Below, one piece after another: positions 18,425 to 29,116 of a stretch of 64,000 bases of DNA. The stretch's first letter is position 1, and each line of letters opens with the position of its first letter. This stretch comes from Archaeoglobus sp. JdFR-37 (GTDB lineage: Archaea > Halobacteriota > Archaeoglobi > Archaeoglobales > Archaeoglobaceae): the NCBI GenBank assembly GCA_002010215.1, contig MTMY01000033.1:1-64000 (forward strand), in the 5' to 3' direction. The translations under genes and the position numbers were made by a program. The notes beneath the pieces are model-generated. The model was not told the DNA's origin. It did not search any database and saw only the letters and a program-made list of their open reading frames with translations.

Positions 18425-19225
18425 TCAGCAAATTCCGTTTTTCAGGAGCTCTTCATAAGCTCTGACGTTTCTATCTGTAAGAGAGTAATTCACATTCTTA
18501 TATGCTCTAATGCTCTCAATGTCCATAGTTGCCATAACTAATTCTTCATCAGTCTCGCTGCTGTATTTGGCTAGAATACCTTCGTGGGAGACTATCACGC
18601 TTCTGCCCACAGTTTCTTCTCCAAGAAAAGTGTAGCCAACACCACCGGCTTTTATTATACCATACGCGTTGTCAAATGATCTTGTAAAGTATAGACAGTA
18701 CCTCAGGTTAGATGAAGGAAGCTCAGAGCGCTTGAATGACACAACCGGATTCAGAACAATCTCTGCACCTTTTAAAGCTGCAACTCTGCATATTTCTGGG
18801 TAAAGAATGTCTGCACAGATAAGTCCAGCAATTTTTACGCCTCTAACGTCGAAAACCTTCAGTTCTTTGCCACATTCAATCCCGAGCTCCCGCTCACTCT
18901 TTGTGGGGTGGAGTTTTTCTTGTACTCCTACAAGCTCTCCCCTGTCGAATATGTGGAGAGAATTGATATATCCTCTTCCACTGGCAGATTCCATCAGTGC
19001 ATTTCCAGCAACAACCATTGAATACTCTCTGCTAACTTTTTCCAGCCAGTCTATTGTTCTAAATGATGTTTCCAAGCTTGTGTCTCCAACTTTGTAAGAA
19101 AAGTACTCTGGAAGAAGTACAATCTCACACTCTTGATCATTGGCCTTTGAAATGAGTTTTTCAGCACTTTTAAAACTTTTTTCAGTCCCACAAGCACACT
19201 GAATGGCTGCAACCTTAACTTTCAT
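18425..19225 (-). CDS. Carbon-nitrogen hydrolase (nitrilase superfamily)
   Basis: LLPEY, EKLHP, LICAD catalytic E-K-C; start moved to ATG 19225. Confidence 0.88.
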   Translation of the reverse strand: MKVKVAAIQCACGTEKSFKSAEKLISKANDQECEIVLLPEYFSYKVGDTSLETSFRTIDWLEKVSREYSMVVAGNALMESASGRGYINSLHIFDRGELVGVQEKLHPTKSERELGIECGKELKVFDVRGVKIAGLICADILYPEICRVAALKGAEIVLNPVVSFKRSELPSSNLRYCLYFTRSFDNAYGIIKAGGVGYTFLGEETVGRSVIVSHEGILAKYSSETDEELVMATMDIESIRAYKNVNYSLTDRNVRAYEELLKNGIC

Positions 19226-19356
19226 TGCTGCAAAAGTGTCAAAGGTAGTATTTAACTCATTCTTTGACACAGCTTGACAGCTCACTTGGGTTTTGAAACA
19301 TTTTAAAACATAGCTAAAAAACTAAAAAAGTAGGGCTATAAGTTTCGGAAGAATAG

Positions 19357-20229
19357 CTATGCAGTTCTTTTGACTTGGGTATCTCTCACAGATTTACTTT
19401 CTGGTATCCCAGAATAAATCCGCATGATAGTCGGTATTGCTATTGCTAGGTATAATGCGTGTACAATCAGTCTGAGCCATTCTGCTTTCACCGTATATCC
19501 AAAAAGCACTGCGAAGATACTTCCAACAATCCCTTTGTGATGGAACGGTGAACTTTTGTCTATCCCGAGGTCATAGGCAGGGCTGGCCAGCCATCCCAGT
19601 TCTATGTCCTTCTCCTCAGCATATTCAATGAGTTCATGGACACCGTATCCAGCAAGACCTCCAGCAATTAGGATCAGCAGTATACTCGAGTAGTAAAAGA
19701 ACCTTCTCAGGTCGAAGCTCATTCCAGCCGCAGAGATACCATACGACAGAACAAGTGCCATTATAACTCCAGACACTGCCCCCACTGCAGTTCCCACTGC
19801 ATCTCTGGCGGCGAATGGAATCAGAAACAGGATAGTCTCTATAACTTCCCTCACAACGAAAACAAAGGATGCAGCTGCTATGGCCAGGGACCCTCTACTG
19901 GACTCTACCCTCTTTTCCACATCTTTTCTGATTTCTCTACCTTTGATAGCCATCCAGTAGACCATGTATGTAAGTACTGCAACTGCCAGAAGCGATGCAA
20001 CCCCTTCGAAAAGTTCCTTATTGCCTTCTCCAAGCCCGCCATATATCACCATCACTGAAGCGGCAATGACTGCCCCTACCACCAGTGCTGCAAGAACCCC
20101 ATAGATAGCACTTTTCACGAACTGCTCCCTTCCAGTCTTTTTGAGATATGCTATCAATATCGTAACCAGCAGCAACGCTTCCAAAGCTTCTCTAAATGTT
20201 ATAACCAGTTGTCCGATCATACCTAACAC
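19357..20229 (-). CDS. FTR1-family iron permease
   Basis: REALE and REVIE (RExxE) motifs in TM helices. Confidence 0.9.
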   Translation of the reverse strand: MLGMIGQLVITFREALEALLLVTILIAYLKKTGREQFVKSAIYGVLAALVVGAVIAASVMVIYGGLGEGNKELFEGVASLLAVAVLTYMVYWMAIKGREIRKDVEKRVESSRGSLAIAAASFVFVVREVIETILFLIPFAARDAVGTAVGAVSGVIMALVLSYGISAAGMSFDLRRFFYYSSILLILIAGGLAGYGVHELIEYAEEKDIELGWLASPAYDLGIDKSSPFHHKGIVGSIFAVLFGYTVKAEWLRLIVHALYLAIAIPTIMRIYSGIPESKSVRDTQVKRTA

Positions 20230-20236
20230 CGTTAAG

Positions 20237-20250
20237 TTAGGTTGCCCTAA
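20237..20250. promoter_or_regulatory. DtxR/IdeR-like palindrome between TATA and start of FTR1 gene
   Basis: TTAGGTTGCCCTAA; minus-strand TTTTTATAAT at 20251-20260. Confidence 0.6.
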
Positions 20251-20268
20251 ATTATAAAAATTTTTCGG

Positions 20269-22920
20269 CTAGCCTAATGTGGTGGTATTCAACTGCTCAA
20301 GAACCTCTCCAAGTCTTTCAAGCATCTCTCCAAAACCACTCCAATTTCCTTTTCCAGCTTCTTCCATCGCCTTACGATAGATCTCGATTGCAATCTGTAC
20401 AAGATCTTCTCTTTCGATTCCCTCTACTTTTTTAGCTACTTCTTTTTCTTTTTCCACTCCAAAAATATCTGATATCGCCTCGTCAAGCGTTGGCCTCATC
20501 ACCAGAACATCATTGTAAGCCACTATGACGCCCCTTAATTCTGGAATCTGGGCATTTTCAGCACGGAGATATACAGGTTCAACGTAAAGGATAGCGTTTT
20601 CAATAGGTATCACCAGCAGATTCCCACGTATCACTCTCGATCCTGACTGGCCCCAAAGGGTGAAGAGCTGAGATATTTCGGCATCCTGGTCTATTCTCGC
20701 CTCTATTTGCATGGGCCCATACACAAGCTCACCCTTAGGGAACTCGAAGAGCAGAAGTTCTCCGTACTTCTCATCGCTTCTTGCAGCCAGCCAAGCTATT
20801 ACGTTGTCCCTGCCTTTAGGTACAAAAGGCAACATAAGGAGAAATTCAGGTTTATCTGAGTCAGGGAGCTTTAATATAACATAGTACGGCTCCATGTCTA
20901 TCCTCTTTTCTTCAAAAAGCTCTTGCGGGATTTCCCAGACATCTTCTCTGTTGTAAAATGTCCTGGGCTCTTCCATATGGTAAAGGGAGAGGATCTCAGA
21001 CTGGATTCTGAAAAGGTCTTTCGGATACCTTATATGTTCTCTGAACTCCTCAGGCATGCTGTCAGAATAGAGCTGAGGGAAGGCTTTGCTTAAAACCTGT
21101 ATTACAGGCTCATATGCCACGATATAATAGCTAACGCTTCCGTTGTATGCATCTACGAATATCTTAACTGGATTTCGAATATAGTTTATGCTTGCTCCTT
21201 TCCAGTATATTTTCTGAGAATATGGAAATCCGTTCAGACTAGTATATGCATCTATAACCCAGTAAAGCTTCCCGTTTATCACTGTAATGTAAGGATCATC
21301 GTCATATTGTAAATACGGTGCGAGGGTCTTCACTCTATCCATGATGTTTCTGTGGAACATTATCTTACTCTCTTCAGTTATGTACTTGGACAGAATCAGA
21401 TTAATGTCGCCGAAACGGGTTGCAAAAAGAATCTTCTTGAGGGGGGAATCCACAGGGACGCCTCCTATTCCTGAGTAGGTTGTAAAAACATTAATATCAC
21501 CTTTCGGGTAATCGAACTCTTTCTGGAGAGTTTTCACAACAATGAAATCGTTTGTTAGTTCCCCGTAGTATATCTCTGGCCTTGTAACGTTGATCTTCCC
21601 CATCGGAGGAATGTCTCTGATTATTAGTTCAGGCAACCCCTCCTTCGAAACACTGTTGACCGGGGCAGCTACAACACCGTAGCCGTGGGTGTAGATCAAG
21701 TGAGTGTTAAGCCAAGTTTTGGCTTTAGCTGAGAGGAGGTCCGTAGACAACTCCCTTGCGGATATCATAACTTGGACATATTTGTGGTCAATGTAATACC
21801 TGTCAACATCAACGTCCCTAATGGTGTAGTATGTCCTTATTTGCTGTACCTGCCTGAAAACACTGGCGATGGGGCGATGATCCCAGAGTCTGATGTTCTT
21901 GATAGTTTCTTCATTCTTTCCTATTTCCTCTATGCTCAGATTACCGGTAGCAGAATAGCTCTTCCGTTCTATGACATCTATACCATAGGCAGCTCTTGTA
22001 AAATTGATGCCATATCCTATGTATTCCTCTTCCATAACCAGCTCATTTGGCTCTACACTGAACTTCTGAACAAGAGCAGGTGGGACATACAGAGTAAATC
22101 CAGCTATCAGCAAGATTACAGCGGGAATGGCTATGAATTTTATTTCCCTCTTCGCTGCTAAATAAATCGTTATAGGGATAGACAGAATACTTAGGGCTGC
22201 CAGAGCCAAAAGCAGTGGAATTTTGATTCTGACGTCAACATAGAGGGCTCCGGCTACAATTCCATGCTGGGAGGTAAGTATTTCGAACCTACTCAGGTAA
22301 AAAAATGATGCAAGGATTACTAGGAAAAACGATGCCAAAAATGCAATATGGGCAAAGCCTATCTGTGGGAAAATCTCTCCTAACTCCTCCAAACTCCTCA
22401 CCCATCGGAACAGGTAGCCATAATAAGCAACGCTTAGAATAATCGACAGCATTAGCACTACCGAAAGAAGGGAGATGAGTTTGGCATAGAAGGGGAGCTT
22501 AAAGGCGTAAAAAGATGCGTCAAGTCCAAAAATTGGATCACTTATATTAAAGTTCTCTGATTTTAGAAAGTAAACGAATTCCACCCAGTTCAATGAGAAT
22601 GTGTAGGCCAGAAACATGGAGAGAAAGATGTCAACCCATACTGGAATTTTGATGGATTCTCCTAGAAATTCATAACTCGCCTTCCTCAACATGAGGTTGT
22701 TGATGGAGAGAACCATAAAGGATACTGCAAAGAATAAAAGAAAGTATTCAAACCTGTAAAGGAGCATAGATACAAAGAGAGATGCCATATTAAGGGATTC
22801 AAACCAGAGATACTCTGTATAGAGCTCAACAGACACTTTAACAGCGATAAGAAATATGATGGGTAACAAAATGGCGAGAACTACCACCCTGTCAATAGGG
22901 GCATATTCTACTTTTTCCAT
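20269..22920 (-). CDS. UPF0182 family membrane protein
   Basis: DPIFGLDASFY.FKLP, NIRLWD, YTHGYG, PEIYYGE, NYIRN.VK, YGPMQ, VIRGNLLVIP. Confidence 0.92.
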   Translation of the reverse strand: MEKVEYAPIDRVVVLAILLPIIFLIAVKVSVELYTEYLWFESLNMASLFVSMLLYRFEYFLLFFAVSFMVLSINNLMLRKASYEFLGESIKIPVWVDIFLSMFLAYTFSLNWVEFVYFLKSENFNISDPIFGLDASFYAFKLPFYAKLISLLSVVLMLSIILSVAYYGYLFRWVRSLEELGEIFPQIGFAHIAFLASFFLVILASFFYLSRFEILTSQHGIVAGALYVDVRIKIPLLLALAALSILSIPITIYLAAKREIKFIAIPAVILLIAGFTLYVPPALVQKFSVEPNELVMEEEYIGYGINFTRAAYGIDVIERKSYSATGNLSIEEIGKNEETIKNIRLWDHRPIASVFRQVQQIRTYYTIRDVDVDRYYIDHKYVQVMISARELSTDLLSAKAKTWLNTHLIYTHGYGVVAAPVNSVSKEGLPELIIRDIPPMGKINVTRPEIYYGELTNDFIVVKTLQKEFDYPKGDINVFTTYSGIGGVPVDSPLKKILFATRFGDINLILSKYITEESKIMFHRNIMDRVKTLAPYLQYDDDPYITVINGKLYWVIDAYTSLNGFPYSQKIYWKGASINYIRNPVKIFVDAYNGSVSYYIVAYEPVIQVLSKAFPQLYSDSMPEEFREHIRYPKDLFRIQSEILSLYHMEEPRTFYNREDVWEIPQELFEEKRIDMEPYYVILKLPDSDKPEFLLMLPFVPKGRDNVIAWLAARSDEKYGELLLFEFPKGELVYGPMQIEARIDQDAEISQLFTLWGQSGSRVIRGNLLVIPIENAILYVEPVYLRAENAQIPELRGVIVAYNDVLVMRPTLDEAISDIFGVEKEKEVAKKVEGIEREDLVQIAIEIYRKAMEEAGKGNWSGFGEMLERLGEVLEQLNTTTLG

Positions 22921-22923
22921 AAA

Positions 22924-23187
22924 TTGAAAGTGTTTTTAATCCTTCTAAAACCTTCCCCTAATAAGAGTAACTCAACTCTCAGGATTATAGGTGATCACGT
23001 TGAAGACAGGGTTGTTACTCAGGCAATGATTCAGGCAGAAGGCTTTGATTCAGTATGGCTGTATGAATGCGATAGCAAAACAGTTCTTCGATATTGGAAT
23101 GGTGATTTCTCTGAGAATATGTATCTGAAAAAGAATATATGCTTGGTTGTAAAGGGAGAAGGCAGAGTGATGCTGGATTTTTCATAG
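22924..23187 (+). CDS. Hypothetical protein (start uncertain)
   Basis: Open frame filling the intergenic gap; no recognisable motif. Confidence 0.3.
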   Translation: MKVFLILLKPSPNKSNSTLRIIGDHVEDRVVTQAMIQAEGFDSVWLYECDSKTVLRYWNGDFSENMYLKKNICLVVKGEGRVMLDFS

Positions 23188-23275
23188 TCCAGTCTTTTTC
23201 CATTCCTTTTTCACATTCCATATTCCATGCTCCGCAATAATTTTTTAAATTCCGCCCTCCATTTCACCTTTCACC

Positions 23276-23749
23276 ATGCTCAGGCTAACCATCGCTTCAG
23301 CCTTCAAGAGCAAGGGAAAGCGGAAGATGACAATGAGTGAGCTAGTCTACACTCTCAGCCTAGATCTCAAATGGTTCTCTCACGAAATAAGCAAGAAAGT
23401 TGTGGAGCGGGCTTTGGACATGGGGATTATTGTGAAGGAAAATGGCGATGTTCTGCCAGCCTTTGACCTTAACGAAATAAGCATCCCGCCCAATTTCAAA
23501 CCAGACATTCGAAAAGTTCTTTCGAGCAGTGTTTTCGATGAAGTTGTTGCAGATATAAGCTTTAAAATCGGGAAAACGGTGCCAGAGGTTATAGCAGAAA
23601 TCAATCAGCTTCAGGAAAAGTTCAACTACATGTTGGAGATTGAAGTGGTTGCTCTGATTCTAGCCAAGAAACATGGCATAGATATTTCTCCGTATCTCAA
23701 AAGAATCAGGAAGTCTGATGAAGCTCCAACAATCTCTGACCATGCTTAA
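23276..23749 (+). CDS. DUF2240 family protein
   Basis: F..KGK..M..SELVY.LSLDLKWFS; IP.NFKP. Confidence 0.8.
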   Translation: MLRLTIASAFKSKGKRKMTMSELVYTLSLDLKWFSHEISKKVVERALDMGIIVKENGDVLPAFDLNEISIPPNFKPDIRKVLSSSVFDEVVADISFKIGKTVPEVIAEINQLQEKFNYMLEIEVVALILAKKHGIDISPYLKRIRKSDEAPTISDHA

Positions 23750-23783
23750 ACTTTTTATCCATGAATTATGAGGAATATGGAAT

Positions 23784-24434
23784 ATGAAAATTCGAAGAAT
23801 CCTTAATCATCCCGCTCTACTGGATAATGGAAGAAGAAAGACTCTAATTGTTGCTGATCTTCACATAGGGATAGTCTCTTTTCCAGATAAGGTTGTGGAT
23901 GATGTCGTCAGTCTTGTCAAATCCACTGGAGCGGAGAGGCTGGTGGTTGTTGGGGATGCGAAACATGACGTGGGAAAGCGTTTTGTGGAGCTGAAAGCCT
24001 GTCAGGAGCTCGTAATAAAAGTTGAGTCTGAAGGGGTGGAGGAGGTTTTGTTCATCAGGGGAAATCACGATGGAGGGCTTGAAGCTGAAAGGTATTTCAT
24101 CGAAGGTGATACGGCCTTTTTCCATGGACACTTCATACCCAATGAAGTTCTTGAGGCAAAACGTTTTATTATTGCCCATGCTCATCCTGCAGTCTTTATA
24201 GCGGATGAGGTATCGGGCTTCAAAGAGAGGGTCTGGCTTGAGGGTTTTGTGGAGATAGATGGAGAGAATAAAGAAGTAATCGTCATGCCCGCTTTCAATG
24301 AGCTGTGCAGCTCCACAGCGGTAAATATTGAGCGTCCAGCAGGGACTCTTTTCAAACTCTGGGACTACTCCAGAGCAGAAATAGTCCTTCTAGATGGAAC
24401 CTATCTGGGAAGAGTTGAGCAGGTAAGGGTATGA
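23784..24434 (+). CDS. Metallophosphoesterase
   Basis: ADLHIG, GDAKH, GNHD, HGH, HAHP, MPAFN. Confidence 0.88.
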   Translation: MKIRRILNHPALLDNGRRKTLIVADLHIGIVSFPDKVVDDVVSLVKSTGAERLVVVGDAKHDVGKRFVELKACQELVIKVESEGVEEVLFIRGNHDGGLEAERYFIEGDTAFFHGHFIPNEVLEAKRFIIAHAHPAVFIADEVSGFKERVWLEGFVEIDGENKEVIVMPAFNELCSSTAVNIERPAGTLFKLWDYSRAEIVLLDGTYLGRVEQVRV

Positions 24435-25408
24435 GGGTTAGGGCCAAGCTCTGGAGGATTAAAAATAGTAAGGCTGTGTGTCACCTCTGCTACAACCTCT
24501 GCCAGATTGAAGCTGGAGAAGCGGGTTTCTGTGGAGCAAGGTACTTCGATGGCAGAGAACTTGTAACGAAAAACTATGGTGTAATTTCGGCTATTGAAAA
24601 CAGACCCATGGAGATAAAACCTTTCTATCATTTTTATCCTGGAAGCTACGCTCTCACATTTTCCACCTTCTCATGCAACCTTGACTGCCCATGGTGCCAG
24701 AACTGGCATCTGTCAAAGGAGAGAGAATTTAGAGGCCAGTATGTGGGGCCTGAAGAGCTAGTGGCGATGGCGGTGGCAAAGAAAAGCCATGGACTTTGTG
24801 CAAGTTTCAACGAACCCACCATTCTTTTCGAATACCTCTTGGATGTTTTCAGTCTTGCCAAGAAAAAAGGGTTGCACACTTCCATGGTCAGCAACGGCTA
24901 TATGACACCTGCTGCCCTGAAAGAACTGTCAGGGGTGCTTGATGCCATCAATATAGATGTGAAGGGTGATGAGGAGATTTACAAACTTATAAGCAGAAGA
25001 GAGAACCTTAAAGGGGTCTGGAGGAACGTAAAGCTCTGCCTTGATTTAGGCATTCATGTTGAGGTAATTCATCTCGTTGTAAGCGGTTTGAATGACAGCA
25101 TGGAGAAATTTGAGGGGATTTTGAGAGGCATGGAGAGATACGCTCAAAGTTACGTGCCACTACACATAAACCGCTACTTCCCAGCTTACCGCTATGTTCA
25201 TCCACCAACAAGCGTTGAATTTCTATACAAGGCTAGAGAAAAGGCGAAGGAGATGCTGGAATTCGTCTATGTTGGGAACGTTGGAGGACATGAGAACACC
25301 TATTGTCCGGAATGCGGAAGGTTACTCATCGAGAGGAGAGGGGTTGTGAAAGTGTACATGGAAGGGAATCGGTGCAAATGTGGAAAAGAAGTATATGGGA
25401 GGTTTTAG
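24431..25408 (+). CDS. Radical SAM enzyme, AmmeMemoRadiSam/PflA-like
   Basis: N-terminal CHLC...C..G.CG, PMEIKPFYHF.PG, CNLDCPWCQN, C-terminal CPECG. Confidence 0.88.
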   Translation: MRVRAKLWRIKNSKAVCHLCYNLCQIEAGEAGFCGARYFDGRELVTKNYGVISAIENRPMEIKPFYHFYPGSYALTFSTFSCNLDCPWCQNWHLSKEREFRGQYVGPEELVAMAVAKKSHGLCASFNEPTILFEYLLDVFSLAKKKGLHTSMVSNGYMTPAALKELSGVLDAINIDVKGDEEIYKLISRRENLKGVWRNVKLCLDLGIHVEVIHLVVSGLNDSMEKFEGILRGMERYAQSYVPLHINRYFPAYRYVHPPTSVEFLYKAREKAKEMLEFVYVGNVGGHENTYCPECGRLLIERRGVVKVYMEGNRCKCGKEVYGRF

Positions 25409-25578
25409 TTGCGACTTAGTTGAATTTGCACCATCACTTTGAACTCTAAGATGGATGAGGGGCGGGCGGTTGGATAAAAAGAGTAAAAGAACATTATTCA
25501 AAAGGATTTTTGAGATGTTGGCACACCCACACACCGATTATAACTTTAAATATCACAACGTAAAAACTCTGGTTTCCC

Positions 25579-28272
25579 ATGATTCAGGTAGTTCAGCATG
25601 CCCTTAAAAAGGTTGGAATTGAGAGGCTGAATGAGCTTCAACTCAAGGCTTACCCAGTAATATCGTCTGGAAGGGATGCCATCATTGTAGCCCCTACAGG
25701 AACCGGGAAGACTGAAGCAGCCTTGATCCCGCTCGTTGAGAAAATAATGACTGAAAACCTCCCTGGCATAGCTCTTCTTTATGTGACTCCCCTCAGGGCT
25801 TTAAACAGAGATATGCTTAGAAGAATTGAGACGCTAGCCAAGGAACTCCACTTGAGCGTTGCTGTAAGACATGGTGACACTGGCAGCTCGGAAAGGAGAA
25901 GACAATCTCTAAAACCACCTCACATTGTCATAACAACGCCTGAAACCTTCCAGATACTCTTCCTTGGAAAGAGACTGAGGAGCGCTCTAAAAAACGTGAG
26001 GTTTGTGGTGCTGGATGAGGTGCATGAGCTTGCGGACAGCAAAAGAGGTGTCCAGCTCAGCGTAGCTCTTGAGAGGCTGAGGAAGCTCACCAGATTCCAG
26101 ACAGTCTGCCTCTCCGCTACAGTAAAGAGTCCTGAAAGGGTTGCTAGATTCTTTGGAGGGGAAATGGAAGTAATTGTTCACGATACGGCCAAAGAGTATG
26201 ATTTTACTGTCGTGAAACCCGCAGAAACAGAAGAGGATGAGAAAATTTCTGAAGAGCTGTTCGTGGATGTTGATGTGGCTGCAGAGCTCAGATTCATCGG
26301 GGATGTGGTAAAATCCCACAAAAGTGCTCTGATATTCGTGAACACTCGCCAGACTGCTGAGGCTCTCGGTCTGAAGCTTAAAAAGCTGGTTGATGTAGAG
26401 GTTCACCATGGCTCTCTCTCAAAAGAGGTGAGAATAGACAGTGAGACCAGATTTGCGGCTGGTAATCTAAAAGCATTGATATGTACATCATCAATGGAGC
26501 TTGGAATAGACATAGGGCATGTAGATGTGGTTATACAGTATAACAGCCCCAGAGAAGTCGCTAGGCTCGTTCAAAGAGTTGGGAGGAGCGGGCACAGAGA
26601 AGGAGAGGTTTCAAAGGGATATATCATTGCCTCAAGCTTCGACGACATCATGGAGTCGTGGGTCATTGCAAAGAAGGCCCTTTGCAATGAGATTGAAGAT
26701 GTAAAGTTCCACGAACTCAGTCTCGACACCTTGGCCAATCAGATCTCCGCAATAGCTCTTGAGTATGGTAGCATTAGTGCGGAAGAAATGTATGCTATTT
26801 TGAGAAGTGCCTATCCCTTCCGCAAACTGAGCTTTGAAGAATTTCTGGAGATCTGTCAGTTTCTCAACGATGCGAATATAGTATACTTTGATGGAGAGAG
26901 AATTGCAGCTCTGCGAAAAAGCAGGAGGTATTTCTACGACAATATCTCCATGATTCCTGATGAGAAACACTATCCTGTTGTAGATATGACGACAGGTAAA
27001 CGAATCGGCGTGCTGGATGAAACTTTTCTGACTACTTTCAGCGGTGAAGTCTTTGCCATGCGGGGGGAACTGTGGAAGGTTGTTGGTGTGGATGACGTGG
27101 TAAAGGTGGAACCAGTCACAAGAGAGGGCGAGATTCCAAGTTGGGTTGGTGAGGAAATTCCCGTTCCCTTTGAGGTGGCTCAGGATGTTGGTAGGCTGAG
27201 GAAGAGGATTGCAGATTTGCTGGTTTCTGAAGGAAGAGAAAAGACGGTGGACTGGTTGATGCAGGAATTCTCCACCAACAGGAAAGCGTGTGAGGAAGTT
27301 GTGGATATTATCCACGAGCAACTTCAAAAGGGATTCGAGATCCCCTCACATGACACGATAACTGTAGAAGGGAGGGACACAGCCGTCATAAACGCCTGCT
27401 TCGGGCACAAAGTCAATGAGACTATAGGCAGAATTGTTGCCCTTCTGCTTTCAGCCAGAAAGGGGCAGAATGTTGCTATTGAAGTTGACCCCTACAGAAT
27501 CAAGCTCAGTCCTGTCAACAGTCAGGAAGTAGTGGAGGTGCTGAGGGAGATCAGGAGTGATGCCGTGGAGAGCTTGGCAGAAAGAGGGCTTGCCGAAACC
27601 AGACTCCTGCAGTGGAAAGTCATCAACGCAGCCAGAAAATTTGGATATCTCAGTAAAGATATGGAACTCAGCAGAATTAACCTGAAAAAACTTGTTGCAA
27701 GATTTATAGGCACGCCTGTGTACAGAGAAGCTCTGAGAGAGCTTTTCGTGGAGAAGCTAGATGTGGAGAAGGCGAAACTGATTTTCGATTCCATTGCTGC
27801 TGCCAGCATAAGGGTGATAATTTACGACGAGCTGAGCCCCATATCTCTTGCGTCCCGGGACCATGTTTTTGACTTGCTGATGCCTACCAGACCTACAAAA
27901 GCCATTCTCAGGATATTCAGAAAGAGGCTAGAGGAGGAGTTTTGCATCATAAAATGCTTGGGCTGTGGTTACAGCATAAGGTGCAGAGTGAAGGATGTAG
28001 AGCTGTCATGCCCGAGATGCGGTTCAAGGCTGATTGCTTGCGTGAATGCTAGAAGGGGCATGGAAGAAGTTTCTAAGAATGAGCTTTTCAGGATAGCCAA
28101 TTTGGTTATGGCATATGGTATGAAGGCTGTTTATGCCATGAACACATATGGTGTGGGGGTTGAGAACGCTAGCAGAATCTTGGGCAGATACTATCCTGAA
28201 GAGGATTCTTTCTTCATGGAGCTGATGGAGGCTGAAAAGAGGTTTATCCGGACGAGGAAGTTCTGGGAGTGA
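25579..28272 (+). CDS. Lhr-like SF2 helicase with C-terminal Zn ribbon
   Basis: APTGTGKT, PLRALNRD, DEVH, SAT, HHGSLS, MELGIDIG, QRVGRSGH. Confidence 0.92.
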   Translation: MIQVVQHALKKVGIERLNELQLKAYPVISSGRDAIIVAPTGTGKTEAALIPLVEKIMTENLPGIALLYVTPLRALNRDMLRRIETLAKELHLSVAVRHGDTGSSERRRQSLKPPHIVITTPETFQILFLGKRLRSALKNVRFVVLDEVHELADSKRGVQLSVALERLRKLTRFQTVCLSATVKSPERVARFFGGEMEVIVHDTAKEYDFTVVKPAETEEDEKISEELFVDVDVAAELRFIGDVVKSHKSALIFVNTRQTAEALGLKLKKLVDVEVHHGSLSKEVRIDSETRFAAGNLKALICTSSMELGIDIGHVDVVIQYNSPREVARLVQRVGRSGHREGEVSKGYIIASSFDDIMESWVIAKKALCNEIEDVKFHELSLDTLANQISAIALEYGSISAEEMYAILRSAYPFRKLSFEEFLEICQFLNDANIVYFDGERIAALRKSRRYFYDNISMIPDEKHYPVVDMTTGKRIGVLDETFLTTFSGEVFAMRGELWKVVGVDDVVKVEPVTREGEIPSWVGEEIPVPFEVAQDVGRLRKRIADLLVSEGREKTVDWLMQEFSTNRKACEEVVDIIHEQLQKGFEIPSHDTITVEGRDTAVINACFGHKVNETIGRIVALLLSARKGQNVAIEVDPYRIKLSPVNSQEVVEVLREIRSDAVESLAERGLAETRLLQWKVINAARKFGYLSKDMELSRINLKKLVARFIGTPVYREALRELFVEKLDVEKAKLIFDSIAAASIRVIIYDELSPISLASRDHVFDLLMPTRPTKAILRIFRKRLEEEFCIIKCLGCGYSIRCRVKDVELSCPRCGSRLIACVNARRGMEEVSKNELFRIANLVMAYGMKAVYAMNTYGVGVENASRILGRYYPEEDSFFMELMEAEKRFIRTRKFWE

Positions 28273-29116
28273 AATGGGAGAAATTAGTGAATAGAGATTC
28301 GGGAATTTCAACATCTTCAGCCTTTTCGTTTACAACTTCTACCATTTTCACTTTTCCAAATTCCTGCCATTCTGATGAGAGCTGTTTCAGCTCCTTCTTA
28401 TCTCCTAAAGCCAGAAAAGTCGGGCCATTTCCTGAGAGGCCAGCTGAAACATCATATTTTGTCGCGACTTCTATGGGCTGGAAAGTGTAACTCAGAACCC
28501 TGCAGTAATACATCGAGTTGTGAAGCATCGCTTGCCTTATGTTGCCCCTTAGCACCTCTTTAAGGGCTATTTCGACAGGTTTAGGGTCTCTTTGAATCTC
28601 TTTCAGGTTTACATTACCTCTCTCCCATTCAGGAAAGAGGAGGAGGCAACTGGTGTTGAGTTCTTCCCACTTCAGAATTTTCATGGCGAAATTGTCTGTT
28701 ACAACGAGGCCGCCCAAGAGGGAGGCGGAGGCATCATCAAAGGCTCCAGTATAGCTTATTCCCATCTCTAGGCTGAGGCGAGAATTAGCAGTAAGAATCC
28801 TTCTCGCGTCCAATCTTTCTCTTCTTTCCTTTAAGCAAGCTGTGATGAGAGCGTTCATGAACGCGCTACTGCTGCCAAGTCCGGATCCCTGTGGGATTTC
28901 GCTTTCAACCTCAACAACCCCTCCACTTCCAAAGCTTCTGAGAACTCTCTCTGCCACTTCGCTTTTACTTTCCTCACCGTTCAGAATGAACGTTACACTC
29001 CTCCCACTTAGTTCCACCTTTACTTTGGTAATGAGAGAGATAGCAAAAGCTACTCCTTTCCCTGTTGCGAGAGCATTTACGACAGTTCCAGCACCAAAGG
29101 CCTTTGCCTCAGCCAT
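28244..29116 (-). CDS. aroK: Archaeal shikimate kinase (GHMP)
   Basis: NALATGKG, P.GSGLGSSSA, TGAFDD, LSGNGP. Confidence 0.92.
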   Translation of the reverse strand: MAEAKAFGAGTVVNALATGKGVAFAISLITKVKVELSGRSVTFILNGEESKSEVAERVLRSFGSGGVVEVESEIPQGSGLGSSSAFMNALITACLKERRERLDARRILTANSRLSLEMGISYTGAFDDASASLLGGLVVTDNFAMKILKWEELNTSCLLLFPEWERGNVNLKEIQRDPKPVEIALKEVLRGNIRQAMLHNSMYYCRVLSYTFQPIEVATKYDVSAGLSGNGPTFLALGDKKELKQLSSEWQEFGKVKMVEVVNEKAEDVEIPESLFTNFSHFTPRTSSSG

